The notes: generated from the letters alone by a model not told the origin. 64,000 bases of DNA from Candidatus Eiseniibacteriota bacterium (GCA_963823555.1 CAWGMA010000002.1:608001-672000); one strand, 5' to 3'. Positions 32,148 through 43,780 are shown, counted from the first letter of the stretch. Numbers and translations: made by a program.

Positions 32148-33596
32148 ATGACCACGAACGCGAAGAACCGTGTCGTCATCGAACCCCTGACGCGCGTCGA
32201 GGGGCACGGTAAGGTCACGATCCTCCTCGACGAGGCCGGGCGCGTCGCGCAGGCGCGGCTCCACATCGTCGAGTTCCGCGGCTTCGAGCGCTTCATCCAG
32301 GGGCGGCCCTACTGGGAGATGCCGGTGGCGGTGCAGCGCCTTTGCGGCATCTGTCCGGTGAGTCATCACCTGTGCGCGGCCAAGGCCGTCGACCGCCTGG
32401 TGGGCGGTGAGCAGCTCACGCCGACCGCCGAGAAGATGCGCCGGTTGATGCACTACGGGCAGATGTTGCAGTCCCATGCCCTGCACTTCTTCTACCTGGC
32501 CTCACCCGATCTCCTCTTCGGCTTCGGCTCCGACCCCGCCTTCCGCAACGTGATCGGCGTCGCCGCGAAGCACCCCGAGCTCGCCCGCCAGGGCATCCTG
32601 ATGCGCCGGTACGGACAGGAGATCATCCAGGCGACTGCGGGTAAGAAGATCCACGGCACCGGCGCCATCCCAGGCGGTATCAACAAGAACCTGTCGACCG
32701 CGGAGCGGGACGCGCTCTGCGCCGGCCTCGAGCCGATGCCGGCCTGGGCGCGCGACCGCGGTCGAGCTGGCGCGCGAGTACACGCTCTGCTCATCTGCGA
32801 GATGCTCGGCGAATTGCGGCTCTTCCCCTCGAACCACCTCTCGCTCGTGCGTGCTGACGGCGCGATGGACCTCTACGACGGCGGCCTGCGGGCGGTCGAT
32901 CGCCGAGGGCAACATCGATCTTCGATCACGTGGAGCCGCAGCATTATCTCGACCACATCGCCGAGGAAGTGCGGCCCTGGTCCTACATGAAGTTCCCGTT
33001 CCTCAAGGCTCTGGGCGCGGAGAACGGATGGTACCGGGTCGGCCCGCTGGCGCGGGTCAGCGCCTGCGACTTCATCGACACGCCCGAGGCCGAGGCCGAA
33101 CGGCAGGAGTTCAAGCGTGCGTTTCGGCGGCAAGCCGAGCCCGCTCACCATGGCTTACCACTGGGCGCGGATGATCGAGCTCCTGCACGCGGTCGAGAAG
33201 ATCGAGGAGCTGCTCCACGATCCGGATCTGCAGGGCAACGATCTGGTGGTCGAGCGGAGAGCGGCGGCAGCGAGGCAGTGGCCGTCATCGAGGCACCGCG
33301 CGGGACGCTCTTCCATCACTACCGGGTGGACGAGAACGACCAGGTGACGATGGCGAACCTCATCGTCTCGACGACCAGCAACAACGAACCGATGAATCGC
33401 GCGGTGGCAAGCGTGGCCCGGCGGTATCCTGGATGGCCGGCAGATCACCGAGGGGCTGCTGAACCACGTCGAGGTGGCGATCCGGGCCTACGATCCCTGT
33501 CTCTCCTGCGCCACGCACGCCCTCGGGCAGATGCCCTTGGTAGTCGAGCTCGTCGACGCCGAGGGCAGGATCGTCGACCGGAGGACGAAGGATTGA
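32148..33596 (+). CDS. hoxH: [NiFe]-hydrogenase large subunit HoxH, group 3d (several frameshifts)
   Basis: TRVEGHGK, L1 motif [22 protein letters not shown]2 motif [12 protein letters not shown] with C-terminal extension. Confidence 0.9.
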
Positions 33597-34078
33597 CGGC
33601 ACGGGTGCTGGTATACGGCTACGGCAACCCGGGCCGTGGTGACGACGGGCTCGGGCCGGCTCTGGTCCGAGAGCTGTGTGGTCACGAAATCGGAGACCGG
33701 GTGACGATGGAATCCGGGCTACCAGCTCGGGATCGAGGATGCCGCCCTCGTCGCCGAGCACGACGTCGTCGTCTTCGCCGACGCGGATCGCGGGATTCGG
33801 GCCCCTTTCGCGCTGCGCCGCCTCGAGCCGCGGTGCCGTGCGGAGTTCTCGACCCATGCGTTGGCGCCCGAGACCGTTCTCTCGCTCGCGCAGGAGCACT
33901 TCGGTGGTCCGACCGCGGGGTTCGTCCTGGGGATCCGGGGCTACGAGTTCAGCGAGTTCGGCGAGGAGCTGTCGCCGCCGAGCCCGGCGACAACCTGGTC
34001 GGCGCCGTCGACTTCATGACCGGCGCCTTGCGGAGCGGCGTGTTCGCCGGTGACGCCGCCGTCGACCAGGAGAGGTGA
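33593..34078 (+). CDS. hoxW: Hydrogenase maturation protease (HoxW-like, frameshifted)
   Basis: [13 protein letters not shown] motif; position directly after hoxH. Confidence 0.8.
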   Translation: MTARVLVYGYGNPGRGDDGLGPALVRELCGHEIGDRVTMESGLPARDRGCRPRRRARRRRLRRRGSRDSGPFRAAPPRAAVPCGVLDPCVGARDRSLARAGALRWSDRGVRPGDPGLRVQRVRRGAVAAEPGDNLVGAVDFMTGALRSGVFAGDAAVDQER

Positions 34079-34083
34079 TCGCG

Positions 34084-34462
34084 ATGTCCGAGGGAAAGCC
34101 GATCGTCCTGTTCGTGGACGATGATCCCGACTATCGCGAGGTCGTGCGCACACTGCTCGAGACCAACGGCTACGAGATGATCGAGGCGGCAAGCGGCGAG
34201 GAGGGGGTCGAGCTCTACAAGAAGAGGAGACCCGACCTCGTGATCGTCGACCTGATGATGGAGGAGGTCGACACCGGTACGAGCTTCGTCAAGGAGCTCC
34301 GCCTGCTGGGCAACGACCGCGCCGATCTTCATGCTGAGCTCGGTGGGGGAGAACCTGAGCCTGACCGTGGACCCGGTGGCGCTGGGCCTCGCCGGCGTGT
34401 TCCAGAAGCCGATCGACAGCGCTACCCTGCTCGGTGTGCTGAAGGCGCGTCTGGGCCGCTAA
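34084..34462 (+). CDS. Single-domain response regulator (frameshift near 34320)
   Basis: LFVDDDPD, PDLVIVDLMM and KP motifs. Confidence 0.85.
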
Positions 34463-34513
34463 CGGGGGAAGATCGGCTCATCGGGTCGCGCTCGGTCCGG
34501 GTGGATCCCGGCC

Positions 34514-35904
34514 CTACGCCTCGAGCGCCGGCAGCTCGACGAAGAAGGTGCTTCCCTTCCCGGGCTCGCTCTCGACCCCGACCCTCCCGCCATGGGCCTC
34601 GACGATCCGCTGCACGATCGAGAGGCCCAGGCCGCTGCCCTTGGCTCCACCCGCGCTGCCCTCCCTTGTGCGGAAGGCGCACGAACTCCTGGAAGAGCCG
34701 GGCCTGGTCCTCCCTGGCGATGCCGTTCCCGTTGTCGCTGACCTCGACGCGTACCATCGGCTCCCGGTACAGGAGGCGAACCACGATGTGTCCGCCCTCC
34801 GGCGTGTACTTGATGGCGTTCGTGATGTAGTTGACGATCGCCTCTTGCAGGAGGCGCTCGTGCCCCAGCACCTGGGGCGCCGGGCGGAGATCTCGAGCTC
34901 CAGCCGGTGATGGCGAGCCTCGGCCATGTCCCTGTAATTCTCGACCAGGCGCGTGATCACCCGGAACAGATCGACCTTGGCGAACTGCGAGTTGATGAGG
35001 TCGGTCTCGAGCAGCGACAGGGTCTGGATGTTGATCATGAAATCGGTGAGATCGCCGAGCCGTTTCAGGCTGCGATCGAGCCAGTCGCGCTGCTTCTCGG
35101 TGATCGCTCCCGCCGCGCCCTCGCGCATGTTCTCGAGCAGCATGCTGACGGCGCCGACCGGGGCTCTGAGGTTGTGAGCCGCAATGTGAAGGAAGTCCTT
35201 GCGCTGCTGGGACAGCCGGCGCAGTTCCTCGTTGGCGAGGAGGATCCGCCGCTCCACGCTCCGCAGGGATCCCGTGAGTCCGAGCAGCAGGAACACGCTG
35301 GTCGAGAACAGCATGCCGTAGACCGCGACGAGCGTGAGCGCGTAGATGCCGGTGAGGGGTCCTTCCGGGCGGCGGCGCCGACGAGCAGCGGAGGGGTTGC
35401 CAGTCCCGACCACTCGACGACAACGAGCAACACGAAGAGGGAATAGGCGACCGCCGAGAGCGCGATCGCCGCCCGGCGGGAGAGCAGGATCGAGCTCACC
35501 ATCACGTGGAGCAGATAGAAGGTAGCGAACGGGGAACGGCCGCCCCCGACGAGCCACACCGCGACGGTCAGCGCCAGGAAATCGAGAATCACGGCGCCAT
35601 AGGTCACTGCCAGGAGGCGTCGCGAAACCCACCACACTTCGGGATCCCGGTACCGGCGGAAGAAGGCCCAGGCCGCACTGTTGTAGAGCGCGATGCAGAC
35701 GGCCAGGAGCACGAAGGCGTTCACATCGAACCGCTGCATGCGGAGCGCGTAACGGGCGAAGATCGATGCGAACAGGATGCCGACGGCGACCCGGGTGCGG
35801 ACCCGCGTGTAAATGTAGAAGTTCCGCCCGATGATCGCGCTGTGATCGGGGAATGCGGTCCCCGGCGCCGGGACCATCCCGGATGGGTCGGATTGTTTCA
35901 TCAT
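34514..35904 (-). CDS. Membrane sensor histidine kinase (frameshifted)
   Basis: Several TM helices; H box AAHNLRAP, N box [24 protein letters not shown] and [10 protein letters not shown]. Confidence 0.85.
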
Positions 35905-36099
35905 GTCGGGATGAGAATAGCAGCAAGCCCGGAGCGGGGGAATGCCGGATCCGTGGGACATCTTCCCGCCCGTCGTTACTGCAGCAGCAGCATCCTCCGC
36001 TGCGTCACCTCACCGCCCGCCCGCAGGCGATACCCCGGCTCACCCAGGCCATCCACAGTTCGTAGCCGTCCGGAATCTCACGCACCTCCATGTCCTCGA

Positions 36100-36816
36100 T
36101 CAATCGGCTGCCCGGCCGCCAAGCCGCGCGATCGCAGCGCGCGTGCCGCCGGGATCGTTAGTCAGGACCGCATCCACATCCATCTCGATGTAGCGCGGCA
36201 GCCGCCGGTTGAGATCCGGGTCGAGCGGACAGACGAGCTGCCCGCGCCGGTGGGCGAGGCGCACGTAGAAGGGATTCAGCTTGAGGAGCGTCCAGTAGGG
36301 CCCGAGAAGCTCGGTCGGCTGAGTCGGCAGCGGGTTGTGGATGGAGATATGACCGGTCGGGCACCCCGGGGCCACCGCCTTGAGCTGCTTCACGCGCTCG
36401 AGCTGGAACGAGATGGCGAAGACAGACCGCGCCCCGATGCGCTCGGCGATCGCTCCCGCCAGAGCTTGCGCCGCATCCGCGGTGGCGAATCGCGGATCCT
36501 TGAGCTCGAGGGCGAGGAGGATGCGCGGCGACATCCCGGCGAGGACCTCGGCGAGGGTCGGGATCCGCTCGTCGGGAAAGCGGTCGGCGAAGCGCGAGCG
36601 CACGCGCAGCGCCTGGATCTCGGCGAGCGTGACCGCGCTCACCGGCCGCGGATCGCCGGTCATGCGCTCGAGCGTCGCATCGTGATGGCAGACGAGGTGG
36701 CCGTCGGCCGTGAACCAGAGATCGGTCTCGATGATGTCGGCCCCGGCCTCGACCGCAAGCTGGAACGCGGCGGGCGTGTTCTCCGGCGCATGGTCGGAGT
36801 CGCCGCGATGGGCCAT
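36100..36816 (-). CDS. Glycerophosphodiester phosphodiesterase family protein
   Basis: AHRG...APENT, IETDL, HHDATLERMT and AVLTNDP motifs. Confidence 0.9.
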   Translation of the reverse strand: MAHRGDSDHAPENTPAAFQLAVEAGADIIETDLWFTADGHLVCHHDATLERMTGDPRPVSAVTLAEIQALRVRSRFADRFPDERIPTLAEVLAGMSPRILLALELKDPRFATADAAQALAGAIAERIGARSVFAISFQLERVKQLKAVAPGCPTGHISIHNPLPTQPTELLGPYWTLLKLNPFYVRLAHRRGQLVCPLDPDLNRRLPRYIEMDVDAVLTNDPGGTRAAIARLGGRAAD

Positions 36817-37121
36817 GACGTAGGGCCGCGGGCGGCCGGCGAGGGGATTGGGCTCGGTTCGGATCGGGGTCTCCCGGGTTCGGGTGACGGCGGCAGCCCG
36901 GCAAGGCTAGCCGATGCCCGCCCCGGCCGCCAGGAGTCGCGCGCGGGGGTTTGACAGCGATTTGACGACCAGTCACCGGCAGGCGGGATCGGAATCAAGG
37001 ATGGGGGATTCCGGCCCGCGTCGGGTGGGGCGAGGGCCCCGCCGGGGGGCGCCGGGCCGGGACTTCTCCATCCGGGCGACCCCGTCGGGCGCCGCTCGAG
37101 GCATCACCGAGGAGGGAGAGG

Positions 37122-37829
37122 ATGATCACGCTCAGACCGGCCGCCGAGCGGGGCGGCGCCGACCACGGCTGGCTCGACACCCGCCACACCTTCTCCTTCG
37201 CCGACTACCATGACCCGTCGCACAGGGGTTTTCGCGGGCTCCGCGTCATCAACGAGGACCGTGTCAAGCCCGGCACCGGTTTCGGCACGCATCCGCATCG
37301 CGACATGGAGATCATCACCTATCTCCTCTCGGGAGCGCTCGAGCACAAGGACTCGATGGGGAACGGATCGATCATCCGCCCGGGTGAGGTGCAGCGCATG
37401 AGCGCGGGCACCGGGGTCCTGCACAGCGAGTTCAACCCGTCGCCCACCGATCCCGTGCATTTCCTCCAGATCTGGATCCTGCCGGCGAAGAAGGGGATCA
37501 CACCGGGCTACGAGCAGAAGGCCTTTCCATCGTCGGAGCGGGAAGGAAAGCTGCGGCTCATCGCTGCCCGCGACGGCCATGCCGGCGCGATCACGATCAA
37601 TGCCGACGCCGCCGTCCATGCCTCGCTCCTTGGTTCCGGCGCCGAGGTGCGGCACGAGCTCGCGAACGGACGTCACACCTGGGTGCATGTGGCCCGTGGT
37701 GCCATCGAGCTCAATGGAGTGGCCATGGGCGCCGGGGATGGAGCGGCGATCTCGGATGAGACCACTCTCGTGCTGGCCGGGAGGGATGGCGAGACGCCGG
37801 CCGAGGTTCTGGTCTTCGATCTGGCCTAG
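37122..37829 (+). CDS. Pirin family protein
   Basis: GFGTHPHRDMEIITY, HKDSMGN, MSAGTGVLHSEFN and FLQIWI motifs. Confidence 0.95.
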   Translation: MITLRPAAERGGADHGWLDTRHTFSFADYHDPSHRGFRGLRVINEDRVKPGTGFGTHPHRDMEIITYLLSGALEHKDSMGNGSIIRPGEVQRMSAGTGVLHSEFNPSPTDPVHFLQIWILPAKKGITPGYEQKAFPSSEREGKLRLIAARDGHAGAITINADAAVHASLLGSGAEVRHELANGRHTWVHVARGAIELNGVAMGAGDGAAISDETTLVLAGRDGETPAEVLVFDLA

Positions 37830-37945
37830 CGATCGGCCGGCTCCGGCGTCGCCTCAGCTGTGGACAGCGAAGGCTTGTCTGTTCGTGTTTTGCCTGCCAT
37901 CCTATCCTCTCCACGGACGTTCTGCCCCCACGCCGGAGAGGATCC

Positions 37946-40900
37946 ATGCCCAGCCCCATGCTCCACGCCATGCTTCGCGCGGCCACCATGACCGCCATGG
38001 CCGCTGTCGTGCTCGCCGCCCCCGCCCCGGCCGCGGATCGGGATTTCGCCGCCATGGGTCCCGACCAGACGATCGCGGCCTTTCGGGTCGAATGCCTCTA
38101 CGACAACGAGGCCGGAATGGTCATGGGGGCTCGACTCCGCCACGGGCCGAGCGGCATGGTCCTCGACTGCCTCCGCATCCAGTCGGTACCGCAGGCCTTC
38201 ATGTACGTGAACACGCCGCCCTCCTCCGATCGCGGTGAGCCCCACACCTGCGAGCACCTGCTCCTCGGCAAGGGCGTGCGGGGACGCGCCGTGGCCTCGC
38301 TCGAGGAGATGTCGCTCGGCACGAGCTCGGCCTTCACCATGCGGCTTCGTACCTGCTACCACTTCCACACCGCGGCCGGCGCCGAGACCTTCTACGATCT
38401 CCTCGAGGCCAAGCTCGCTGCTCTCGTCCATCCCGATTTCACCGACGAGGAGATCCGGCGCGAGGTCTGCAACATGGGTGTCGCCGTCGACCCGTCGACC
38501 GGGGACGTCCACCTCGAGGAGAAGGGAACCGTCTACAACGAGATGGTCTCGAGCTTCGAGCGCCCGTGGAGCCCTCTCATGCGCCAGCTGGAGCCGCTTC
38601 TCTACGGTGCGCGCCATCCGCTCGCGCTCTCCTCGGGGGGCTTTCCCGATTCGATCCGCACCATGGTCCCCGGGCACATGCGGGAATTCCTCGCCGACAC
38701 GCATCGCCTGTCGAACATGGGCATGATCGTGACCATCCCGGACGAGATCGCCCTCGACGATTGCCTCGAGCGCCTGAGCGCGATCCTCGCCCGGGTGGAA
38801 CCGGAGGCCCGCCCCGGAGCCGATCCGGCCACGGCCTACGATCGCCTGCCGTCCGCGAGGCCCGCCGCGCCGGGCGCGGTGCGCGTCGCCGAGTTCCCGC
38901 ACCCGAATCCGAACGAGCCGGGGATGATCCTTCTCGGCTGGGCGCCGCGGCTCGATCTCGACCTCGGGGAGGCCCTTCTCCTCGACCTTCTCGTGGGCAA
39001 CCTGGCCGGCGGCGAGACCTCCGATCTCTATCGCCGGTTCGTCGACTCGCAGACCCGGGGCATGGACACCGGGGCCACGGAGATCTTGAGCTGGACCACC
39101 GCATACCCGGGGCACCCCTTCTTCATCGGTCTCGGCAATGTCCGCCCCGATGTGATGACACCCGAGAAGATCGAGGCGGTGCGGGAGGTCATCCTCGGTG
39201 AGCTGGCGCGGGTGGCCGACTTCGCCGATGGATCCCCAGAGCTTCGCGCCTACAACCAGCGGGCGCTAGGCCGCCTCATCGAGAGTCGCCGTTCCCTCCG
39301 CAAGTTCTTGAACTCACCACCCGGTTTCGGCGCCCGCAATCTCGGTGCCGCCTGGATGGAGCATCTCGACCACCTGGCCACGGCCGGCGGCGCTCGCCGT
39401 TCGCTGGCCATGCAGGAGCCATTCTCGGCCGTCGAGCAGCTGATCGCGTCTGATCGCAACTTCTGGCGGGAGCGCATCGCGGCCTGGCAGCTCGTGACGC
39501 GAACGCCGGCGGCGGTCGCCGTCAAGCCCAACCCGGAGATCCTGGCCCGCTCGGAGGCCGCTCGTGCCGACCGCATCGCCCGCTTCACCGCCGATCTCGA
39601 GCGCCGCTACGGAGTCGAGAGTCCCGAGGCGGCGATCGCGCACTTCCGGGAGGAGTATGATGCGGCCACCGCCGAGATCGACGCTGCGGCCGCGGACACC
39701 GCGCTGCCGCGCTTCATCGATCAGCCTCCGCTCACCCTCGATGACCTCCTGCGCTACGAGGTCGGGGAATTCCCCGGCGCGGATGGCGCCCCGCTCGTGA
39801 CCTCGATCTTCGAGAACCTGAGCGGAGCCACGATCGGCATGGCGTTCCGTCTCGACGTGGTGCCGGAGTCGCTTCTCGTCTACGTGCCGGCGCTGCCCAC
39901 GCTCCTGGCCGATGTCGGGGTGATCCAGGATGGGAAACCCCTGACCTACGACGCGATGAAGGAGGCGATCCGCCGGGAGATCCTCGAGCTCACCACCTAC
40001 TTCACGTCGGACCAGCGCACGGGACGCACCGAGCTCGCCCTGAGGGCCGGAGGGACGGATATCGGCGAGACCGAGCGCGCGCTCGGATGGATGGGGGAGG
40101 CCCTGTTCGCGCCCGACTGGCGGGTCGAGAACCTGCCGCGGCTTCGTGACGTGGTGGACGGTGCGCTGGCCCGGGCCCGCGACCGCATGCACGAGTGGGA
40201 GGAGATGTGGGTGCGGGAGCCCTCCGACGGCTACCGCCAGCAGGACGATCCGCTCTTCCTCCACGCGCAGTGCTTCCTCACCCAGGAGCATGCGCTGCAC
40301 CGGCTGCGCTGGCTTCTCAAGGACCCGGGCGCCGCCGAGGAGCTCGCCGCGACCAGGGGATTTCTGATGGATGTCGCGGATTTCGGCGAGATGAGCGATC
40401 GCGCCGGGCTTGTGGCCCTGGCCACGGCACTCGCCGACAGCGCGGCCGGCGTCGATCTGTCTCCGGCGGCGGGCCGGCTGGTCACGGCGGCGGCGGCGCT
40501 CCCCGTCGCGAGCCGGGAGGCGATCGCGGCGGCGGCACGGGATCTCAGGCAGAGCCTCCCTGCGCTTCCCGAGGAGACCCTGGCGCAGGACTGGAGCTAT
40601 CTCTGCGCGCAGATGGCGGCGGACCTCGCCGTACCACCGGCAACGGCATTGGCGGCGCTCGCCCAGGTCAGGAACCTCATCCTGCGCGCGGACAACCTGC
40701 GGGGTTTCCTGGTGGCGAGCACGAGGACGGCCGCCGAGCTCGAGCCCAGCATGGCGGCCCTGGCCGCCCGTCTGGGCCGCGAACCGGCGGTGCGGCAGAC
40801 CTACGGCGCGCAGCCCCGGGTCGCTCTCCGTGCCGGCGACCGCATCCCGGAGCTGGCCGTGGCCGGGGAGAAGGGCGGCCCGCCTCCGACCACGGTCGGA

Positions 40901-41608
40901 CTCCTGAATGAGAGCACGCGGAACGGGGTCGTGATGAACAGCGCCCCGGCGCCGAGCTACTTCGAGACCGACCGCGCCTCGCTCCTCAACTTTCTGGCCT
41001 CGCGACTCTATGCCGGCGGCGGCGCCCACAGTCTCTTCATGCGCACCTGGGGCGCCGGGCTCGCCTACTCGAACGGGGTGGGCTCGAGCGAGAGCCAGGG
41101 GCGGATCATGTACTACGCCGAGCGCTGTCCCGATCTCGCCCAGACCGTTCGCTTCGTGGTGGATGAGCTTGAGAACGCGCCCGCCGACACGTCGCTTGCC
41201 GAGTACTCGCTGGCGCAGGCTTTCTCCTCCGATCGCGGTGCTCAGCGCTACGAGCAGCGAGGCGAGGCGATGGCGGCCGACTTGACCGACGGCGTGACAC
41301 CCGAGGTCGTGCGCGATTTCCGCACCGCGCTCCTCGATCTCCGCTCCGACCCCGATCTCTACGGCGAGTTGCGGGCGCGAATGGAGTCCGTCTACGGGAA
41401 GGTGTTGCCCGGGGTGGGGGAGGCCGGAGTGCCCGCGCCGGGCGCCGGGCAGTCCTTCATCATCGGGCCGGAGAAGCAGTTCCAGTCGTATGACGGATAC
41501 CTGAAGGGAGTCGCGGGGGAGACGGTCCGCCTCTACCGTCTCTATCCCCGCGACTTCTGGATCACGCGTCCACAGACAGGCAACGCGCACCCAAGAACGA
41601 GAATCTGA
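37946..41608 (+). CDS. Secreted M16 (insulinase/PreP-like) zinc metallopeptidase
   Basis: Signal peptide; inverted zinc motif HTCEH; KGTVYNEM; GAGLAYS. Confidence 0.8.
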   Translation: MPSPMLHAMLRAATMTAMAAVVLAAPAPAADRDFAAMGPDQTIAAFRVECLYDNEAGMVMGARLRHGPSGMVLDCLRIQSVPQAFMYVNTPPSSDRGEPHTCEHLLLGKGVRGRAVASLEEMSLGTSSAFTMRLRTCYHFHTAAGAETFYDLLEAKLAALVHPDFTDEEIRREVCNMGVAVDPSTGDVHLEEKGTVYNEMVSSFERPWSPLMRQLEPLLYGARHPLALSSGGFPDSIRTMVPGHMREFLADTHRLSNMGMIVTIPDEIALDDCLERLSAILARVEPEARPGADPATAYDRLPSARPAAPGAVRVAEFPHPNPNEPGMILLGWAPRLDLDLGEALLLDLLVGNLAGGETSDLYRRFVDSQTRGMDTGATEILSWTTAYPGHPFFIGLGNVRPDVMTPEKIEAVREVILGELARVADFADGSPELRAYNQRALGRLIESRRSLRKFLNSPPGFGARNLGAAWMEHLDHLATAGGARRSLAMQEPFSAVEQLIASDRNFWRERIAAWQLVTRTPAAVAVKPNPEILARSEAARADRIARFTADLERRYGVESPEAAIAHFREEYDAATAEIDAAAADTALPRFIDQPPLTLDDLLRYEVGEFPGADGAPLVTSIFENLSGATIGMAFRLDVVPESLLVYVPALPTLLADVGVIQDGKPLTYDAMKEAIRREILELTTYFTSDQRTGRTELALRAGGTDIGETERALGWMGEALFAPDWRVENLPRLRDVVDGALARARDRMHEWEEMWVREPSDGYRQQDDPLFLHAQCFLTQEHALHRLRWLLKDPGAAEELAATRGFLMDVADFGEMSDRAGLVALATALADSAAGVDLSPAAGRLVTAAAALPVASREAIAAAARDLRQSLPALPEETLAQDWSYLCAQMAADLAVPPATALAALAQVRNLILRADNLRGFLVASTRTAAELEPSMAALAARLGREPAVRQTYGAQPRVALRAGDRIPELAVAGEKGGPPPTTVGLLNESTRNGVVMNSAPAPSYFETDRASLLNFLASRLYAGGGAHSLFMRTWGAGLAYSNGVGSSESQGRIMYYAERCPDLAQTVRFVVDELENAPADTSLAEYSLAQAFSSDRGAQRYEQRGEAMAADLTDGVTPEVVRDFRTALLDLRSDPDLYGELRARMESVYGKVLPGVGEAGVPAPGAGQSFIIGPEKQFQSYDGYLKGVAGETVRLYRLYPRDFWITRPQTGNAHPRTRI

Positions 41609-41651
41609 TGGCGCTTGCCGGCTGCGCCGGCTGCCGGTCCCGGCTGCTTCG

Positions 41652-42332
41652 TCAGGCCGTCACCTTCTTCTGCGCCTCGAGCACCGCGGCCAGGAAGCGG
41701 GATTCTCCCTGCGCGCCGAGGAGCTCGACCCGGTCGTTGATCACGATCTTCGGCACCCCGGAGATGTCGTAGCGCCGCACGAGATCAGGGAACTCGCTCG
41801 CTTCGACCACATCCGCCGTCACTCGCTCGCTCTCGATCGCGAACTGATGAGCCAGGCGCGCCGCGCCCGGGCAGTGCGGTCAGGTGGGGGTGACGAAGAC
41901 CTGGATGTGGACGTCCTCCTTGAGTCCGGCAAGTGTCTCCCGGGTCTCCGGAGTGAGGGTGGTCGTCCCGCTGGAGACCTCGACCAGGTCCTGGACCAGG
42001 CTTGCGAACTCGTAGCCGCTGGGGATTCCGATGTAGCGCACCCGCCCCTTGGCCGCTCCCTTGAGCGTGAAGGCCGGAATGTGGTCGATGCCCTCGGCCC
42101 GGGCCGCGGCCTCGTCGGCCACGAAGTCCCGTACCTCGAGCTGGATCGAGTCGGAGAGCGATGCCACCTCGGTCAGGAGCTCGCGCGTCTCCTTGCAGGT
42201 CATGCACTCCTGGATCGGCAGGATGATCTTGGATTCGCGTTGCGTGTAGAGCTCGATCGTGACCGGTGCGGTCAGGTTCTTGTCAAAGTGGTCCTTGAGG
42301 AGCTGGGTCTCCCGGGTCGGGATCAGGTTCAT
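41652..42332 (-). CDS. Two-domain thioredoxin-fold protein-disulfide oxidoreductase (AhpF N-terminal-domain-like), predicted selenoprotein with CMTC and UPHC sites
   Basis: In-frame TGA at 41880-41882 in VFVTPT*PHCP; the frame continues to GVPKIVIN...GAQGE and stops at 41652; hairpin after the TGA. Confidence 0.85.
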
Positions 42333-42445
42333 GGTTCTCTCCCTCCACCTGGTGAGAGCCAGGATGCCGGATGGAGGGTTCAGGCGGGGAGCGGGTCCGC
42401 CGACTTCAGCTAGAGCACGCTCCCGCCGGAGATTGCGCGTTCGCC

Positions 42446-43123
42446 CTACCGGTAGAGAGCCTTCACCGAGCCCCAGCTCGTCGGATCGACGGAGATGGGC
42501 GAGCAGAGGTTGACCGGCGAGGCACTGTTCCTCGGCGCCGCGGTTCCGGGCAAGAAATCGGCCGCGTTGTCATCGGTGTCCGTGCAACCCTCGTTGAGAC
42601 GGAAGCCGGCGTTCGTGTTGGAGAGCACCGGGCACGCGCCCGCGCCTTCGAAGCAGTTCGCGCTGCCGTAGCCCACCAGATCCACATAGCCCGGCGGGCA
42701 GGCGCCCGAAAGGGCGGTCGCGGACTGCACCAGCGCGACCTTCCCGCTCGTGGCCGACAAGGAGATCGTGCCGGAGGCGTCCGGCGTCGGGAGCGGCGTA
42801 GTTCCGCCGGCACCCTGGGCTTCCTGCACCAGATAGTACCCACCCGCGGGGATGGTCCCGCCCAGCAGCGTCACCTGCCACGTGCTTCCCGCGGACGAGG
42901 CGTACTGAACCGACCATCCAGAGACGTTGATCGGAACGCCGCTCCTGTTGAACAGCTCGATGAAATCGCTCGTGTAGGTCGATCCGCTGTTGCCACCGCC
43001 GCCGTACACCTGGCTGATGACCAGGTCGCTCGTGGCAAGAACGGGGGCCGTGAAGAGGATCAGGAGACCGACGGCAAGAAGAGAGGCCGAAATCCCAGGA
43101 GACCGCATGTAGAAACGGCGCAT
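42446..43123 (-). CDS. Secreted lamin-tail-domain protein with C-terminal SWGSVKALYR tail
   Basis: Signal peptide; LVISQVYGGGGNSG...DFIELFN; DTDDNAADF; tail ISVDPTSWGSVKALYR. Confidence 0.85.
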   Translation of the reverse strand: MRRFYMRSPGISASLLAVGLLILFTAPVLATSDLVISQVYGGGGNSGSTYTSDFIELFNRSGVPINVSGWSVQYASSAGSTWQVTLLGGTIPAGGYYLVQEAQGAGGTTPLPTPDASGTISLSATSGKVALVQSATALSGACPPGYVDLVGYGSANCFEGAGACPVLSNTNAGFRLNEGCTDTDDNAADFLPGTAAPRNSASPVNLCSPISVDPTSWGSVKALYR

Positions 43124-43619
43124 GGAAACCTCCCGCCGGGGGCCCACGAGGGCGCGGCTGATGGATGCTCTGGCATGAAGTGAAGGCGCCCGAGACGGGT
43201 CTCCGGAGGTCAGGAGGCCGGGAAACACTCCTCCTCTCCTCCTGGACGGCCACGGTGAGAGGTTGACCTTCGAGCATTCCGGGTATCTGCATAGGGAAGA
43301 GTTGGGTGTACAGGGACACTCTTCACCGGCTCGCAACCCTCACGGCCGGTCCCGAAACGCCGGGAAAGCATAGTCAAATCGAGCAGGACTATCAATGGCA
43401 AAGCCAAGAACTGCATACCACGAAGACCCATCGAAGGAACGATCAGCTACTCTGAGTTCGTCAATGGCTTGTACCCGTTGTTGGACAATGCCCACGGGTT
43501 GTATCAAATGGATGTGATCTCGGCATACCTGGGCCGGCGGTTTGGTTCACGCATCTCGGCGCCGCCGGCCAGGTTGCTCACGAGAAGGTCGAGCCGTGGG
43601 TTCAGGCCGGCCGGGATCC

Positions 43620-43780
43620 GGTGCTGCCGTCATCCGTCGAGCGGAAGATCCCCGGCGCGGCGCCCACCGCGATCAGGTCTCCGCCGGCAAGGACCAGCAG
43701 GTCCTCGAGATCGGTGGTGAATGCCGGGAACTGGTCGATGAGCATCCAGCTCGCACCACCGTCGGTGGCGCGGATCGTGG
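43620..43780 (-). pseudogene. Fragment of an Asp-box (BNR/YCF48-like) beta-propeller gene
   Basis: Minus strand reads IRATDGGASW...GIFRSTDDGST with no start or full ORF. Confidence 0.55.

Noticed and set aside
29082..34462. [NiFeSe] hydrogenase
   Set aside because: The L2 motif reads DPCLSC with Cys codons; the breaks are indels, not TGA codons
179..41590. Long antisense or alternative-frame ORFs (e.g. 179..1939 -, 25043..26893 +, 39314..41590 -)
   Set aside because: Shadow ORFs typical of high-GC DNA, overlapping well-supported genes and lacking motifs
43130..43340. Riboswitch upstream of the lamin-tail gene
   Set aside because: Some short stems are visible but I could not match a known riboswitch consensus by eye; an Rfam scan is needed
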